Counted from the stretch's first letter, positions 25,935 to 38,640 are shown. The stretch: 64,000 bases of DNA from Carcharhinus longimanus (GCA_030264375.1 JASCQW010000072.1:84703884-84767883); one strand, 5' to 3'. Notes: generated from the letters alone by a model not told the origin. Translations and numbers: made by a program.

Positions 25935-26094
25935 CTTCACAAATGGTAATGAAAATAAGATGGAAGGAAACATTGGGTGCAGTACAACACAAGGCTGTCA
26001 ATTTGCTATTACCCATCTTCCATTATCACCAATTAACATCTTACTAGTTTTAATAGGTAATAGATAAATGGTAAGATAAAGCCAGAATAATCCC

Positions 26095-26290
26095 AGATGA
26101 CTATAGGCTGCTCTCTCCTTTGAGGGAGAAAGCTGACTGGTGATGATTTAACCTGGGATGATCACATCTTAGGAGAAGGGCAAGCTTGAGAAGGCATGCC
26201 TTCATGAATAAACTCAAACGGTACAGGATTGAACCCGTGCTGTTGGCGTCGTTCTGCATCACAAACCAGTTGTCCAGCCAACTGGGCTTT
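26095..26290 (-). mobile_element. tRNA-derived SINE (non-HE1 family), copy 1 of an inverted pair
   Basis: Minus strand gcccagttggctggacaactgg..gggttcaatcctgtacc (A/B-box-like); body ttcatgaaggc..cttctcaa..ttaaatcatcaccagtca; another copy near 19660-19790. Confidence 0.65.
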
Positions 26291-26455
26291 AGTTGATTAG
26301 TGACCAGAGTGATGCTAACAATGCATGCTCAATTCCCATACTAGCTTAGGTTATTCATGAAGGTCTGCCTTCTCAACCTTGTCCTGTGCTTGAGGTATGG
26401 TGATTTTCACGTTAAATCACCACCAGTCAAATCTCCCATTGAAGGGGAAATCATA
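26291..26455 (+). mobile_element. tRNA-derived SINE, copy 2 of an inverted pair
   Basis: gttattcatgaaggtctgccttctcaaccttg..gttaaatcaccaccagtca is the reverse-complement match of copy 1. Confidence 0.65.
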
Positions 26456-28858
26456 ATAATAGATAATAGAAACACCACGTTCTGCATAATTCTGCAAATA
26501 GCTTTAAATTCTCAAAATAATATTGTGAGAAAACATTCAATATGATTTTACATTGACTGGATGTTGCATACCGACTGCATCATTGTGGGGAAGTGCCAAG
26601 AATTTAATATAAGGAAAGGAAATTGAAAAACCAAGAAACCATTCCACCACCTAGGAATGGACTATCAAGCAGAGGCCTAATAGTATATCTGCATTTTCTC
26701 GTGGTTTACGATGCTGTGTGGTGAGAATAAAAATAATTAAAGTACATCCCCTGACAGGAAAATAATGTAACGATGACCCGTTAGGGTAATATCAGCATAT
26801 AATAACAGCTAATTACCAATGGTTACAGAAACAACTGAGGATATCGCTACGTTCCAGGTAACTTGGCTCAGCTGAGCCCAATTATTTTTTTAAACCTCTA
26901 TCCTTCAACTATAAACCTTTGCCCTCATTGCAGCAGGATAATTAACCATTTTTTATTCCTTGCTGAGTTTTCTGACTAAAACTCAAGGCTGAAATTTTCA
27001 GACCATCCGATCATGTCAACAGGATTTTCCCATCCTACTGCCGTGAACAGAGATTTGGCTTGTCACCAAAATCTCTATCTTCACTACAGCGGGACCATGG
27101 CATGAACTGGCTGTAAGATCACGTCCCACTTCTCTGTTGCAATGAACTGAGAAATAAAGGCTATTTTCTTACATCAGGTCTTTAACAAATGAACTAGATA
27201 TTTCAGTACAACAATATCTATCTGCACCTTATTATAATACACCTTCATAAATTTCTAGAAAATCTTATTGCTTATGTAATTGATTCTAAACAATATCAAA
27301 TTAGTTCTTTTCATTGGGCCAATTCTTCCGAGCAGTGGCAATGACAAGTGGTTTGCAATTGCTCTCAGATTCTCCCAACACAATGCTGCTGCACATTTCT
27401 TCTAGAATTTTCAGATCTCAGCTTTCACAGGAAAGCTGCACTTCCTGTGTACTTCAGGAAACACTGTTTGAGCAGAGTGGTATCAGAGGGAAACAGCTCT
27501 GGGCCTTTTTAAGGTATTAGCTACTGCTTGGCAAGCTTAAATGCCCAGTCTTTGAATGTGAGTGAATAGATGGGCGAATGAGTGAGATGGATAAACGGAT
27601 ATGGTAGGTAAGGTTGGTAGGTGGGTAAGTGAGTAAGTTTGTAGGTGGATAAGTGGCTAGGTGAATAGAATGAGTGAAGAGAAGNNNNNNNNNNNNNNNN
27701 NNNNNNNNNNNNNNNNNNNNNNNNNNNNNNNNNNNNNNNNNNNNNNNNNNNNNNNNNNNNNNNNNNNNNNNNNNNNNNNNNNNNAGGTGAGTGAGTGGAT
27801 GAGTGGATATGGGGATGAGTTGGGTAATTGGGTGGTTGGGTCAAAGGGGTAGTCAGGTTGGGTCAGTGGAGATAGTCGGGTCAGGCTTGGAGAGATAGTG
27901 AGATTGGGGCCAGGAAGGTAGTCAGGACTGGTCGATGAGTAATTGGCTCAGGTCAAGGGGACAGCCAGGGGATAATCTAGTGGTAAGTGTGGCAGTCACG
28001 GGGTTGGGAAGGGATAACTGGGTAGTTGGTTGTGGAGGTATCCAGGTGTTAGACCAGGTTTCAATCAATCTAGCAATTCCTGGCTAACTATCCAGCTAAT
28101 CCACACAGATCTATCTAACTCAAAGTCAGAGACATTCAGGAAGGGTCATAGGCAACAGCGGAATTGCCCTCAAGAGGTTTAAAATTCCTGCATAAAATTC
28201 CCACTCAAGTCCAATGTCAAGATTTTCACAGAGTCCTGAGGTTTATTTTGAGAATTACACCGAGTCTGTAGCAATCTGGGGACTAGAAGATTTGGTTTAT
28301 TATAAAATCTTACGTATGTATTTGTCGTGGAAATTGTCTATGTAAGCTGACAACTCTACAATTATACAATTTGACCACCAGGTGGCTTTTCAGAATATTA
28401 AAAGCAAGCAAAATTATTTTGAAAATTATTCCTCTAATTCATCCATTTAACTTTAGCTTAGGATAGCTTAATTTAGATTTTCAGTCTCCAGCTCTGATAA
28501 ATTACTAATTTCTTTGAGAAAGATAACTTATAATTTGCTTTATGGGCTAAAGTAGTAGAATAAAACGTCAATTTATCCTATACTTCAGGTACCATGTGAG
28601 CACCTGGTACAAATGAAGAATGGGCATATGTTTGGCACATAAGGGTTGAAGTTCCTGCCAAGCTTCAGACATAGATATGAAATAAAACCCCATTACTCAA
28701 CTGCAGTAGTGTCAGAAATTAATCCTTGTTGAAAACAAACACAAAGGTTTAGATACAAAAATTTTCTGATTATGACTACTATTCTTTGTAGCCAAATTGT
28801 AGTCAGTCATTAAGTTCTAATCAAAGCCAATTAACCTCAAAGCATGACAAATACTCAC

Positions 28859-29036
28859 AAGAAATCGTCCTGAATATTGTCATTGAACGTTCCACAGAGT
28901 CCAATGGTATCCTCTTTCCATCTCACATCCACCTGGATGTAGAGCCGCCTCCCCTCTCTATCATACTGCAAACGCAGTCCAAAGTCTGTCTTAATTTGCA
29001 CAAACATAGAGCTAAGCTCAGTGACTTCAAACAAAT
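28859..29036 (-). CDS. OTOG: Otogelin exon, VWD2 ([59 protein letters not shown])
   Basis: 178 nt, CAG/GTGAGT, phase 1-2. Confidence 0.96.
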
Positions 29037-29264
29037 CTGTTAAAAACAAGGAAGTGTATTATTGAGGATATGGTGTGAAATTTCTGTTTGAGCAGGTTGA
29101 TGTCAAACTGATTGTACTAATTGGCTGAGTTTTACCAAGTCTGTTGGGTGCAATGCCAACAGCAATTAGGTTAGCTATGTGTCTCAAATTCACATATGCA
29201 CAATGGATCTCATCATAAATTGTTAAATGTAGCACACTTGAATTGTGGAATTGTGAGTGGTGAG

Positions 29265-29375
29265 GAGGAAATAAAGAGGCTTCACGGTGATTTAGACACG
29301 TTGAGTGAGTGGGTAAATACATGGCAGATGCAGTATAACATAGATAACTGAGAAGTTATCACTTGAGTGGGCATA
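29265..29375 (+). mobile_element. CR1 RT fragment
   Basis: EIKRLHGDLDTLSEWVNTWQMQYNIDN.EVI, the CR1 L..DLD.L.EW...WQM.YN motif. Confidence 0.75.
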
Positions 29376-30594
29376 ATTGCATCATTGGTTAGTCTTCAAG
29401 CGTGTCAATTGACTTACAAGTGTTTGCTGATCCTCCCCACCAATACCTTGGAGTTCTCCTAGCCTCGCCCTGCCAATGTTATCCTGGTCTCCCCTTACTA
29501 GGTCCTCTGGCAACCTGGAATCTTCCCACCAGTACTCTGAAATCTGCCCCTAGGGTCCCTGGAATCGTCCTCCAGGTATCCTGGAGTCTTCCCTACCCAG
29601 GTATCCCAATCAAAAGATGGTTACTCCCAGGTCAAAAAATGCTCAGCGCCCACCAACCATTCCCCCCCCCACCCCCGCGCCCGCCCCCTCCAGTCAAAGG
29701 CTGCTGAGCCCCTGAGTCAAGCCTTGGTACCACCTCTCCCCACTACATATGCAGAGCTGGTCTACAAGCACTTTCAAACTCCCCTCGGAGGGGTGATTGC
29801 CAGGTGCGTGCCTTTTGAAACCATTCATAATTTGTGCCAATCTGACATCAAGCTGCCGTGAATATATTTTTGGTTAGTTGGGTGGTATGATTCCAGCGTA
29901 TCAACCTGATAATCAGATGCTAATGTATTCAAATGAGGTTCCCTTCCCTGCCACTGACTTGGGAGAGGAAGTTTGCAATAAGCTTTCACGTCAATGCAAA
30001 ACATGACCTTAGCTTTTTCATGATATTTTCTGTTCCTGTTATCGAACCCACCCATGCTAACGGGAGCAGAAAATCCAGGCCAAAGTCATTCCTTGCCTCC
30101 TAGTGCTCTTCTCAAATATAAGCCATAAAACTCTGATGGAGCCGATGCATCTTGTCTAATCTTAATAGATTTGGACTGTATCAAACATCTAAATAGAAAT
30201 TGTCTCTCAAATAAATGCAGAGTTCTCATTCCATCTCAATGATATAAAAATGTACAAATGATTAACACCAGCTCTTGTACTAACAGGTTAAAAAGAAAAT
30301 ACTTCTGCCAAGCAAAGCTGATAGAAACTATACACTCAAAAATTGCTAGTATCAGGTAATATTTGGAGATCGCTACCCAGTTCTAACAAGTAGCAAATGA
30401 AAATATTTGCTTGTTCAGGAACATATGAATGTGGCTCTGTTTAATTCTTGCAAACGATCAAGCAGGCAGTTAAGCAAATTGATAGATACCAAATACAATT
30501 CCTGAAAATGCTATGGGGTAGCAATATTTAAAAGTTATTTAAAAGATAAAGACATTTTTAAAGATTTTAGCAGCACTAAGTCAATAATTCATAC

Positions 30595-30727
30595 CATCAG
30601 TATAAGGCAAACTGATCCTGTACTGATTAGAATGATACACCTCTCCTGAACGAGTCAATGTCATCTGCTTCTTCACATCTTCATCCACAACCACACTCAC
30701 TGACTGAATACAAGCACCATTTAGATT
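30595..30727 (-). CDS. OTOG: Otogelin exon, VWD2 (NLNGACIQSVSVVVDEDVKKQMTLTRSGEVYHSNQYRISLPYTD)
   Basis: 133 nt, CAG/GTATG, phase 0-1. Confidence 0.95.
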
Positions 30728-31379
30728 CTGAGAAAAGACGCAACAGACACAGTTTAGAATTTCATAATATGTGTGCTTGCTCCATTTACTTTTAGGACAT
30801 TTACATTGTGATTTCAATCTGTCTGACAGATCTGTTAATTGGGAAAGCTAAATAAAGGGAACACATATTAGACTGGGAATTTCCTCAGTGTTCTCCCAAA
30901 CATCTGCCACCACTTCATCAGAAGATTAAGGGAAACTTTATTTATGCAGGATTTCTGCTTGAGACAGCCAAAGGAATATTTGATGATAATCTTAGAACTT
31001 GAGCAGTTAAAGTTGAATCAATGTGAAACTTCTTCACTCAAAGCAGCTTAAGAATGTGGAATACTTTGCCATGAAATACCATAGGTGTAAAGTCAATTGA
31101 AATATTTCAAAGTGAAATATATAGGACAGAATAGGAACAAAACGTATTGGGGGTGCGATCTTACCTTCTCGTCCCACCAGTCGATGGGTGGGGTGAGCCG
31201 GTAAGGGTGCAAGAGAGGTGAAACATCAGGTTTGCAATCACTTTCTCATATCTTATGCTTTTATTGGTACCAGACTGCCAGCATGTTAAGTCTTGCTCCC
31301 AAAAAGGGCACATGGCTGATCTCAATATTTAAATACTATGACAAATAGAATTTAAATATTACAAATGAGCCCGGGACAC

Positions 31380-31570
31380 AATCATTACACAGAGCACAGA
31401 GCACCATGGAAATGCTTCAGCCAATCAGAGTCATCTTGCCAAACAATCAACACTGTTTTCTCCTGAAATCATAATTGCCATGATTGTTTAAAATTTGGCA
31501 TTCTCGTGTTAGTCCTGGTGAGCGCAGGACAAAAAGTTTCAGCAGCATGTCTCCCTTTTAACAATAAAAG
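31380..31570 (+). mobile_element. Penelope-like terminal fragment with decayed hammerhead-like core
   Basis: ..aaatttggcattctcgtgttagtcCTGGTGAgcgcaggacAAAAagtttcagcagcatgtctc. Confidence 0.45.
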
Positions 31571-32699
31571 CATGTTTTCAAATAACAATTGAAAAGGAAA
31601 AAACAAACACAATACCTTAACAAATAGTATACCCTGTACATTTGGATGACAAAAATGCAGCTTAATTTAGTATCAGGGTGTTACACACTGTTCTGGAAAT
31701 CAGAATAAAAGGCTTTGAAAGGAAATGCACACCTCAGCTGTTCAGAATTCTGAGTAATTATGCTTTTCACTGAAAATGGCCCAGCCAACCAACATGCAAA
31801 ATATCAGAGGGTTTGTTTGATCTATTTGTGTTGTAACAGGTTTCCTGACCTTTGTGAGGTGCTTTACAGCATGGGAAATTATCACCATGGTTCAATAATT
31901 TTTAACTGAATATAAAGAGGGCTAAATGTAAAGATTACCAGAATATTCAGGTACAGTTATGATGGAAAACTATTTCCTTCTCACCATTTTTACTGCCTAG
32001 AGTGGATATTAAATATTCACCAGTGGTAGCAATAAAAAGTTGAAATGTATGGAGAAAAACAACCAGAAAAGGAGTGAAATTCAAGCCAACAATAATTCCT
32101 TGTTCTAGGTGAATTGTCTCTTTGATGACATTTCATCAATCCATGTTCAGCAGGTGTTTTCATATCAACTGCTGTCTCTTTCACTAACCACTTTGCAAAC
32201 TTCTTTTATCCTAGCCTGCTCTCATCATCCACACCATCAAAGTCATTGACGTTTCAACAGACACAGATAAGGTTCCATTGACTCAACTTCTTGTCCAATT
32301 GATTGTCCTAGATGTGTCTGCAAATTTCACATGATTCTTAAATCTACATAGTCTTGGTGAATATCACTTTCATCAGCTTCCTGGCACCAGAAGATTGCTG
32401 GCTTTGTGGTTAAAGAGTTAGAAACCTTGTAGGTTTTCTTTCAGGTGAAATGTGATGGCCTCGATTGTGCCATTTAGTAATGGTAAGCTGAAAGGCTTTT
32501 ATCTCAGAAGAGGTATGCAGCAAAGTCCAGTTATTCAATTTCCAACACCAATCATTACTCCTATCTTATTTTTCTCCAACTGACCTCTTTATATATTTAC
32601 TTTCCTTCAATTCTGTTTTATTGTGCAAAATCAATTTTGTTCAATCCCCTTCTTCTTTCAGACCATCTGTTTCAAAAACAAAAACAAACTGTTTCTTAC

Positions 32700-32845
32700 T
32701 GTGCCACACTGAGAGTTTTGGAGGCTGATGGTAAATTTTCCAGAGTTATGGCTCTTTGCCAGAATATATTGGCATGTAGCATGGAAGGTGTACACCCGCT
32801 CATCAAATGTCTTGAAGTGAATATCTCCAGTTACTGAGCACTCCG
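32700..32845 (-). CDS. OTOG: Otogelin exon, start of VWD2 ([49 protein letters not shown])
   Basis: 146 nt, TAG/GTAAG, phase 1-0; also seen in ORF 32658..32870. Confidence 0.96.
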
Positions 32846-34153
32846 CTAGAATCAATAAGAAAAACACCAAGCAAAATCAGATCATCACTGTAAATAATCT
32901 CTACATTATTAAACCTAAATCAGAACTTTATGGATCATTGTGGGAAATTTCTGCTGAAAAGTTAATAATTATTACCATATTTTCTGAATCAGAGGTAAAT
33001 GACAATTGATAGCATTTTGATATTTTCAGCAATGAAGTTAGACATAAACCATTATCAACCCACAAATAAGGAGTGAGACTGCCCTTGAATTGTATTGTGT
33101 ACATGCAAGTTATGTGGTGCTATCATTTTGACATGGCTTTGAGTAAACATTTCTTGGGGTGGAGTATAGAGAAATGGATTTATGTGGGAATCATTTACTT
33201 TGTAAGAACAAATCTGCTCAACGTTCGGGGAGACATAAGTCACTCAGTTAAAAAACTAAGGGACATCAGGCATAACTAATACAACTAAAGGGTCGTAGAG
33301 TTGCGTAATGAAGTCAGGAATGGCTGTTAATGTGTACAGTGGTAACAAATTCTAGGGACAATTGAAAGTGTTTCTGGAGATATTAAAGGAGGATAAGAGT
33401 GGCTGATTCAAGAAAGATTAGACTTATTTTTATAATTGGCATAATTCATAATTTTTATATTTAGGTTAACCATGAACTGCTGTTGCAATTGTGGAAGAAA
33501 TCCCTCTTCTTATTCAGGTAATATCTAATCATCACCCAACTCTGATATAGAGGTTAGCAAAAGGATAATTCATTAACAAATAAGTAAAAGTTTATTAGGC
33601 TCTGAATTCAACAGTGTGGAGCTTGTTTGGTAGATATAAAATGGGAAATTTAGCAATGGGAAGACCAATACCTAGTTTGCAATGGACACAGACCATGACT
33701 AAATTCAACTATACTTTTATTTAAGCAGCAAATTTTGAAATGAGGTTTCTGCAGCCCTTTTCATTGCCCTTCTCTAAAGTGTGAAAAGTAGTCAAAACTT
33801 CCATTGCTCTAAACTTGGCCAACTTTTTCAAGTTCTATTGTGGCCTAACCAACAGTCCTTAAAGGGAAAGATTTATCTTGAAACTTATCTCAATGTGGAA
33901 GCAGAAGGAGCAGAGGCTACTTGAAACAGTTAGATGACTACTCCACTGAGGCACCGATTTGCCATTTCCAGCTTGTACAAAATGTCAATGAAAACCAATT
34001 GAAAAGTAATTTAGGCCTCTGAAATACCACATTGACTGGGCACAACAGGTGAATCCCCGATATTGTGTCTATTTGTGGCCCAAGCCCAAAGCTTATCCCA
34101 CATAATAATTAATGGCACACAATATGTAAAATACAATAAGAAAAATTGTTTAC

Positions 34154-34200
34154 CTGAACAGTTATTCTCGGTACAGTTCCAAACGCCACTAATGCAAATA
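34154..34200 (-). CDS. OTOG: Otogelin small exon, E1 (CICISGVWNCTENNCS)
   Basis: 47 nt, CAG/GTAAA, phase 2-1, CxCxxGxWxC pattern. Confidence 0.93.
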
Positions 34201-35559
34201 CTGCAACCAAATAAAGATATTTAAAGTGAAATGAATTGAAGTAATACTTCAATTCCTTATTAGGACATTTTTTTTAAATCAATTTACAATTATAAAAATA
34301 TGTAACACTTTGACAACAGAATATTTAGCACCATCAGAAAGAGTGAGAAATAGAAGGCAATAGCGAAATGAGGAAAATTTATTATAACAAAGTGTGTGTG
34401 TGTTCGTTCAATGCAAGGGATGGGGGATGTGAAAATATGGAAGTTGTGTATTGGAAAAAGAAGTAAGGAGAAGAGTATTAGCTTGAAACTGGTGAATAGA
34501 TGTATTGTACCAGTGTAGCTGGATAGAAGAGTGCCAATTTGAATTCAAAGAGGGGTACAATTGTCAAAATGAACTAGAAGTAGAAAGATATGTTTCTATT
34601 GCAATGCGACAGCTGGTTGGATGCCTGTGCTTCCTGTTTAGAGGTGGGGAGCATTTAATCGGGATTTTTCAACTACCTTCGCACAATTATGTCTGAGGCA
34701 GGAAGGCCAACTTAAGGTTGTTATCTTGCCACCACTGGTATTCAACACACACAGCCTGATTAAGAGGTCCAAAATCAGAAAATTGCTGGAAGTTGAGGTG
34801 GGGGGGATGCCCTCCAGTGGATGCATTATTGGCATTCCCTGGTGGCACTGCCATGTAAGTGAGAGCTTCCAGTCTCTGACAGGCAGATTTCAGAGGAGGA
34901 AGAGGAGGGGTTGCAGGATTGCCATTCCTGGGGTCTGAAATTCGGCTGGCCAAGTAAGTGCCTGATTGGCAACTAATATGGCAGAGCTTCTCTAACCACC
35001 ATCACCTGGATTAAATTTCACCCAGTGTTTCTAAACCAGACCTGGAAAAGATCAAGTGCCTCTCAGAAGCTGGGTCCCTTAGATCTTCATGTATTTATGC
35101 TTGCCTTCCACATGATCAGAAGATTACATCCAAAGATTAGAATCCATAATCTTCGGTGACACTAAGCTACAGCTGACACAAGGATACCCTTGGGTGTTCA
35201 AAAGTGTTAATTTGTCACATTTCTACTCAATGTTCATCAAACATGATCTTTAAAGTCCCACTGCCTTGTCCTTCCCATTGTTTCTTGCTGCCTGCCATGT
35301 AGACTTCTGTCTTGTGAAAAATTGTAAAACAGGAGTTACAGACAAGAAATATGTGTCTGTGAGAAGGATGGATTATTGACAATAGGACTGCGTTTCTGCT
35401 TTTATGGGTGGAAATGGGGATGCACAGTGGGTTCAGAATTGGTGTGACAGATAGTTGCACTGTTTCAATTTAGCTGAAGTGTACCTAACTTGGTGCATCC
35501 TGAGCACTCCTAGAGACTAAGTGTGAGCCTTCAGGTACCCTTGCCATAGTAGATTCCTC

Positions 35560-35850
35560 CTTCGACTGCTCCTCCTCCTTCTCCCATGTAGCATGGTTAA
35601 CATATTCCTCCTCATGCAGCTCCAATCCTCTCTGTTACACAATGTTGAGCAAGGCACAACAGACCATTATAATTCAGGACATCCTCGCTAATACACACTG
35701 AAGGGAGCCCCCAGATCTGTCCTGGCGCCTGAATCACATCTTCAGCGTTTCGATGGCTTCCTCAGTGATCACGCTTATGTTCATGTGGCTTCGGTAATGC
35801 CTTTCCTGAACATCAGTGATAGGCTTCCTCACAGGTTTCATCTGCCAGAT
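35560..35850 (-). mobile_element. Harbinger (HARBI1-like) DDE transposase C-terminal relic
   Basis: WQMKPVRKPITDVQERHYRSHMNISVITEEAIETLKM*FRRQDRSGGSLQCVLARMS*IIMVCCALLNIV*QRG follows the W.MTP..YN.SH..R..IE..G.LK.RFRCLD.SGG.LQY.P..II..CC.LHN pattern; three stops. Confidence 0.85.
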
Positions 35851-36126
35851 ACTTATAGACTGTAATCTTTGTCCCTAAGGGACTATCCATTCATATTGTT
35901 TGAAGTACGAAGATCTGTGAGAGAACTGACTGACGCAGAATGAGGCATTATGGCAAATCACTGGGAATCTTGCACATACATGGATGATGAGCTTTTGCTT
36001 GTTGTATAGCAGCTGAATTAATGAAGTGCAATTCCTTTCAATTGATGAATACTGATCAGTAATCTGAGTTGCTTTGATTGTCAAATGTGACAACATGTTA
36101 TCATTCCCTGTACCTATAGGAATCCT

Positions 36127-36270
36127 GATGTGGAGATGCCAGCATTGGACTGGGGTAAACACAGTAAGAAGTCTCACAATACCAGGTTGAAGTCCAACAG
36201 GTTTATTTAATAGTAAACCCACAAGCTTTCGGGGTATGCCCCTTCATCAGGTGAGTGGAGAGTTCTGGTC
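36127..36270 (-). mobile_element. Penelope-like element terminal fragment
   Basis: Minus strand ..aaataaacctgttggacttcaacctggtattgtgagacttcttactgtgtttaccccagtccaatgctggcatctccacatca; carries a hammerhead motif. Confidence 0.75.
36217..36256 (-). ncRNA. Minimal type I hammerhead ribozyme motif
   Basis: ACUCAC-CUGAUGA-A-GGGG(CAUA)CCCC-GAAA-GC-UU-GUGGGU: 6-bp stem I, 4-bp stem II, intact core, palindromic AAGCUU in place of stem III. Confidence 0.75.
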
Positions 36271-36349
36271 TCTGACAGAGCAATTGTGCTCTGAAAGTAG
36301 CTGCACCTCTGACCAAACTGTTCCAGGAAAGCTCAACAGGCAATTAATC

Positions 36350-36740
36350 AACAGCCTTGATCCAAGCATGAACAAAAAAATCTGAATTCAAGAGGTGAGG
36401 TGAGACTGACTGCACTTAACAAGTAGGCAGCATTTGACCATGTGTGGCATCAAGGTATCCTGGTCATGCTGAAGTCAATGGGAATCAGGGGAAAACTTTC
36501 CAATGGCTGTAGTCTTTCCCAGTACAAAGGAAGATGATTGTGCTCGTTGAAGGCCAATTATCTTAGACCCAGGACATTTCTGCAGGTCTTCGTTAGAGTC
36601 ACACCCTAGGCTCAATTGATGCTTCATCAATAACCTTCCCCTCCATCGTAAGTTCAGAAGTAGGGAAGTTCATGAATGACTGCACAGTGTTCAGTACAAA
36701 TTACAAATCCTTAGATACTGAAGCAGCTCCTACCTGGTCC
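36350..36740 (+). mobile_element. CR1/L2-group LINE reverse transcriptase relic
   Basis: EVRLTALNK.AAFDHVWHQGILVMLKSMGIRGK..QRKMIVLVEGQLS..QDISAG..FINNLPSIVSSEVGKFMNDCTVF (decayed AFD, PQG and FADD regions). Confidence 0.8.
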
Positions 36741-37660
36741 ATGTTGGACTTATTGCAGTGCATTTACCAAACCCTGAATATATGAATGTTCTTTTACTTA
36801 GTCTCTACGTAACACTTTCCAGCATCTGTCATTTTAAGTTTCAGAAGTTTCTTAGTTATTACACAATGGACTCATAGAAAAGCTAAAGGATAACTAGCTA
36901 TACAATATCAAATTATATGATAAGTAGATCAAAGTCCCATACTTTATACCAAACCTTTTCATTATTAGTTATTTTAACCAGGTGCTCAAGAGGTCTGAAT
37001 AACCATGATTCTCCCTGCAGGGCTCTTAGGAACAAATTGATGGAGGTTGAAGTCCTCTCTCCTGACAAGAACTTTCTCTACCTTATCTCCAAGTCCACCT
37101 CACAACTTGATTCAGAATTTAGTATTTCGGTCAAAGGCTTCTAAACGATGAAGGATAATTAATCATATGAACCCGAATGATCAAAAGTATAGAATTCTGG
37201 GACATTCCTATTATGTGTAATAAGGGTACTTTTCTGACATAGATCCCTTGGAAGTGAGACTTTCATTCTGGCATTGTATATTGGAAATCCAAACATACCC
37301 TTCATTCAAGGTTTGCACCATTAATGGTTGGAAAATACTACTCAGAATGCACCTGAATTCCTGATTAGCTCTCCCTGCAGAGTGAGTAAAGTCAGAAAAT
37401 CAGCTCAAGTATATTGATCCAGTATATTCTTATCACTTGTTTATATTCCTATTGTTCTCCATCTTATCATCGTTGTTGCAATTGGAGGTCTGGTTTTGTT
37501 TAAAACTCTCCCTGTCAAGTACATATTTAATAAGGTATCTAAAAACTTGAATTTACATTTATGACACATCCTCTAATACATAGCTAATAATACAAGGATT
37601 TATAGTTTTTAATGTAAAATAAATTCTACTAAAAATAGAAACAACTCCAAAGTCACTAAC

Positions 37661-37769
37661 CAGTAGGTGCATTGCTCCTGAATTTCAGAGCCTGATGTAT
37701 AGGGAATACCTTGAAACATACAAGGACACTCAGTGGGGTTCAAACAGGATCCATTTTCGTGAATTAAAC
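37661..37769 (-). CDS. OTOG: Otogelin exon, TIL-1/E1 (GLIHENGSCLNPTECPCMFQGIPYTSGSEIQEQCTY)
   Basis: 109 nt, CAG/GTTAGT, phase 1-2. Confidence 0.95.
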
Positions 37770-38009
37770 CTGTGAGAAGCAATTATATCAATTTATATCT
37801 CATTTCTAAAAACATTTTACGTTTGTCAGAAATTTCAATAGGTCATGGTATTAGAAGTTATATTCAAGACTTATGTGATAGGCAGGTGCAGGAAATTACT
37901 ATCTTTTGGATAGCCAGCTGATGAAACTGGAACTAATCACAGCATTTCAGTAACAATATTCATGCATCAAGAAAAATTTGATTGTTCTGTAAGAATACTT
38001 TTTTAACAA

Positions 38010-38640
38010 TGACAACCGTATATTTACAACAGTATCTTTAATGTAATGAAACATCCCAAGATACTTCACAGGGATAGTATAAGACAAAGCATGAGACCAA
38101 GCCACATGGTAAGTTTTGAGGTTTGTCTTAAAGAAGGAAAGCATGGGGGTGGATGGGACAGGGGGTGGAGCGGGGGGGTTGGAAAAATATGCCAGAGCAA
38201 CTGAAGGCACAGCCACCAACAGTACAGTAATTAAAATGGGAATGCACAAAAGGTCAAGAGCACAGATTTCTTGAAAGGTTGTGAGAGTTTACAGTGAGTT
38301 GTGGGGGGAGTGGGCAGCTTCGGAGGGAAGGATGAAAATTTTAAAATCAAGACATTACTTGACCAGGAATAATTGTAGGTCAGCGAACACAGTAATGAAA
38401 GTGGAATGCAACATGCTGCAAGTTAAGCAGAGGGTGGGATGTGGGAAGCCAGCCAGGATTGCTTTGGAATAAGAGGTGATGGAGAAATGAAGGTTTCAGC
38501 AGCAGATGGACTGAGGCAGGGTGGAGTTGGGTCGAAATAGGCAGTTTTTATGATGTTACAAATATGACGACGCTCACCTCAGGTTGAAATGTCACACCAA
38601 GGTTACAAATAAACTGACTTAATGGACTGTTCAATTAAAA
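38010..38640 (-). mobile_element. L2-type LINE 3' portion, old
   Basis: Tail cctgtgaagtatcttgggatgtttcattacattaaagatactg; internal aaccttggtgtgacatttcaacctgag. Confidence 0.6.

Noticed and set aside
32820-32845. GDPH-type autocatalytic cleavage site at the start of VWD2
   Set aside because: Sequence is GDIH, with no Asp-Pro bond
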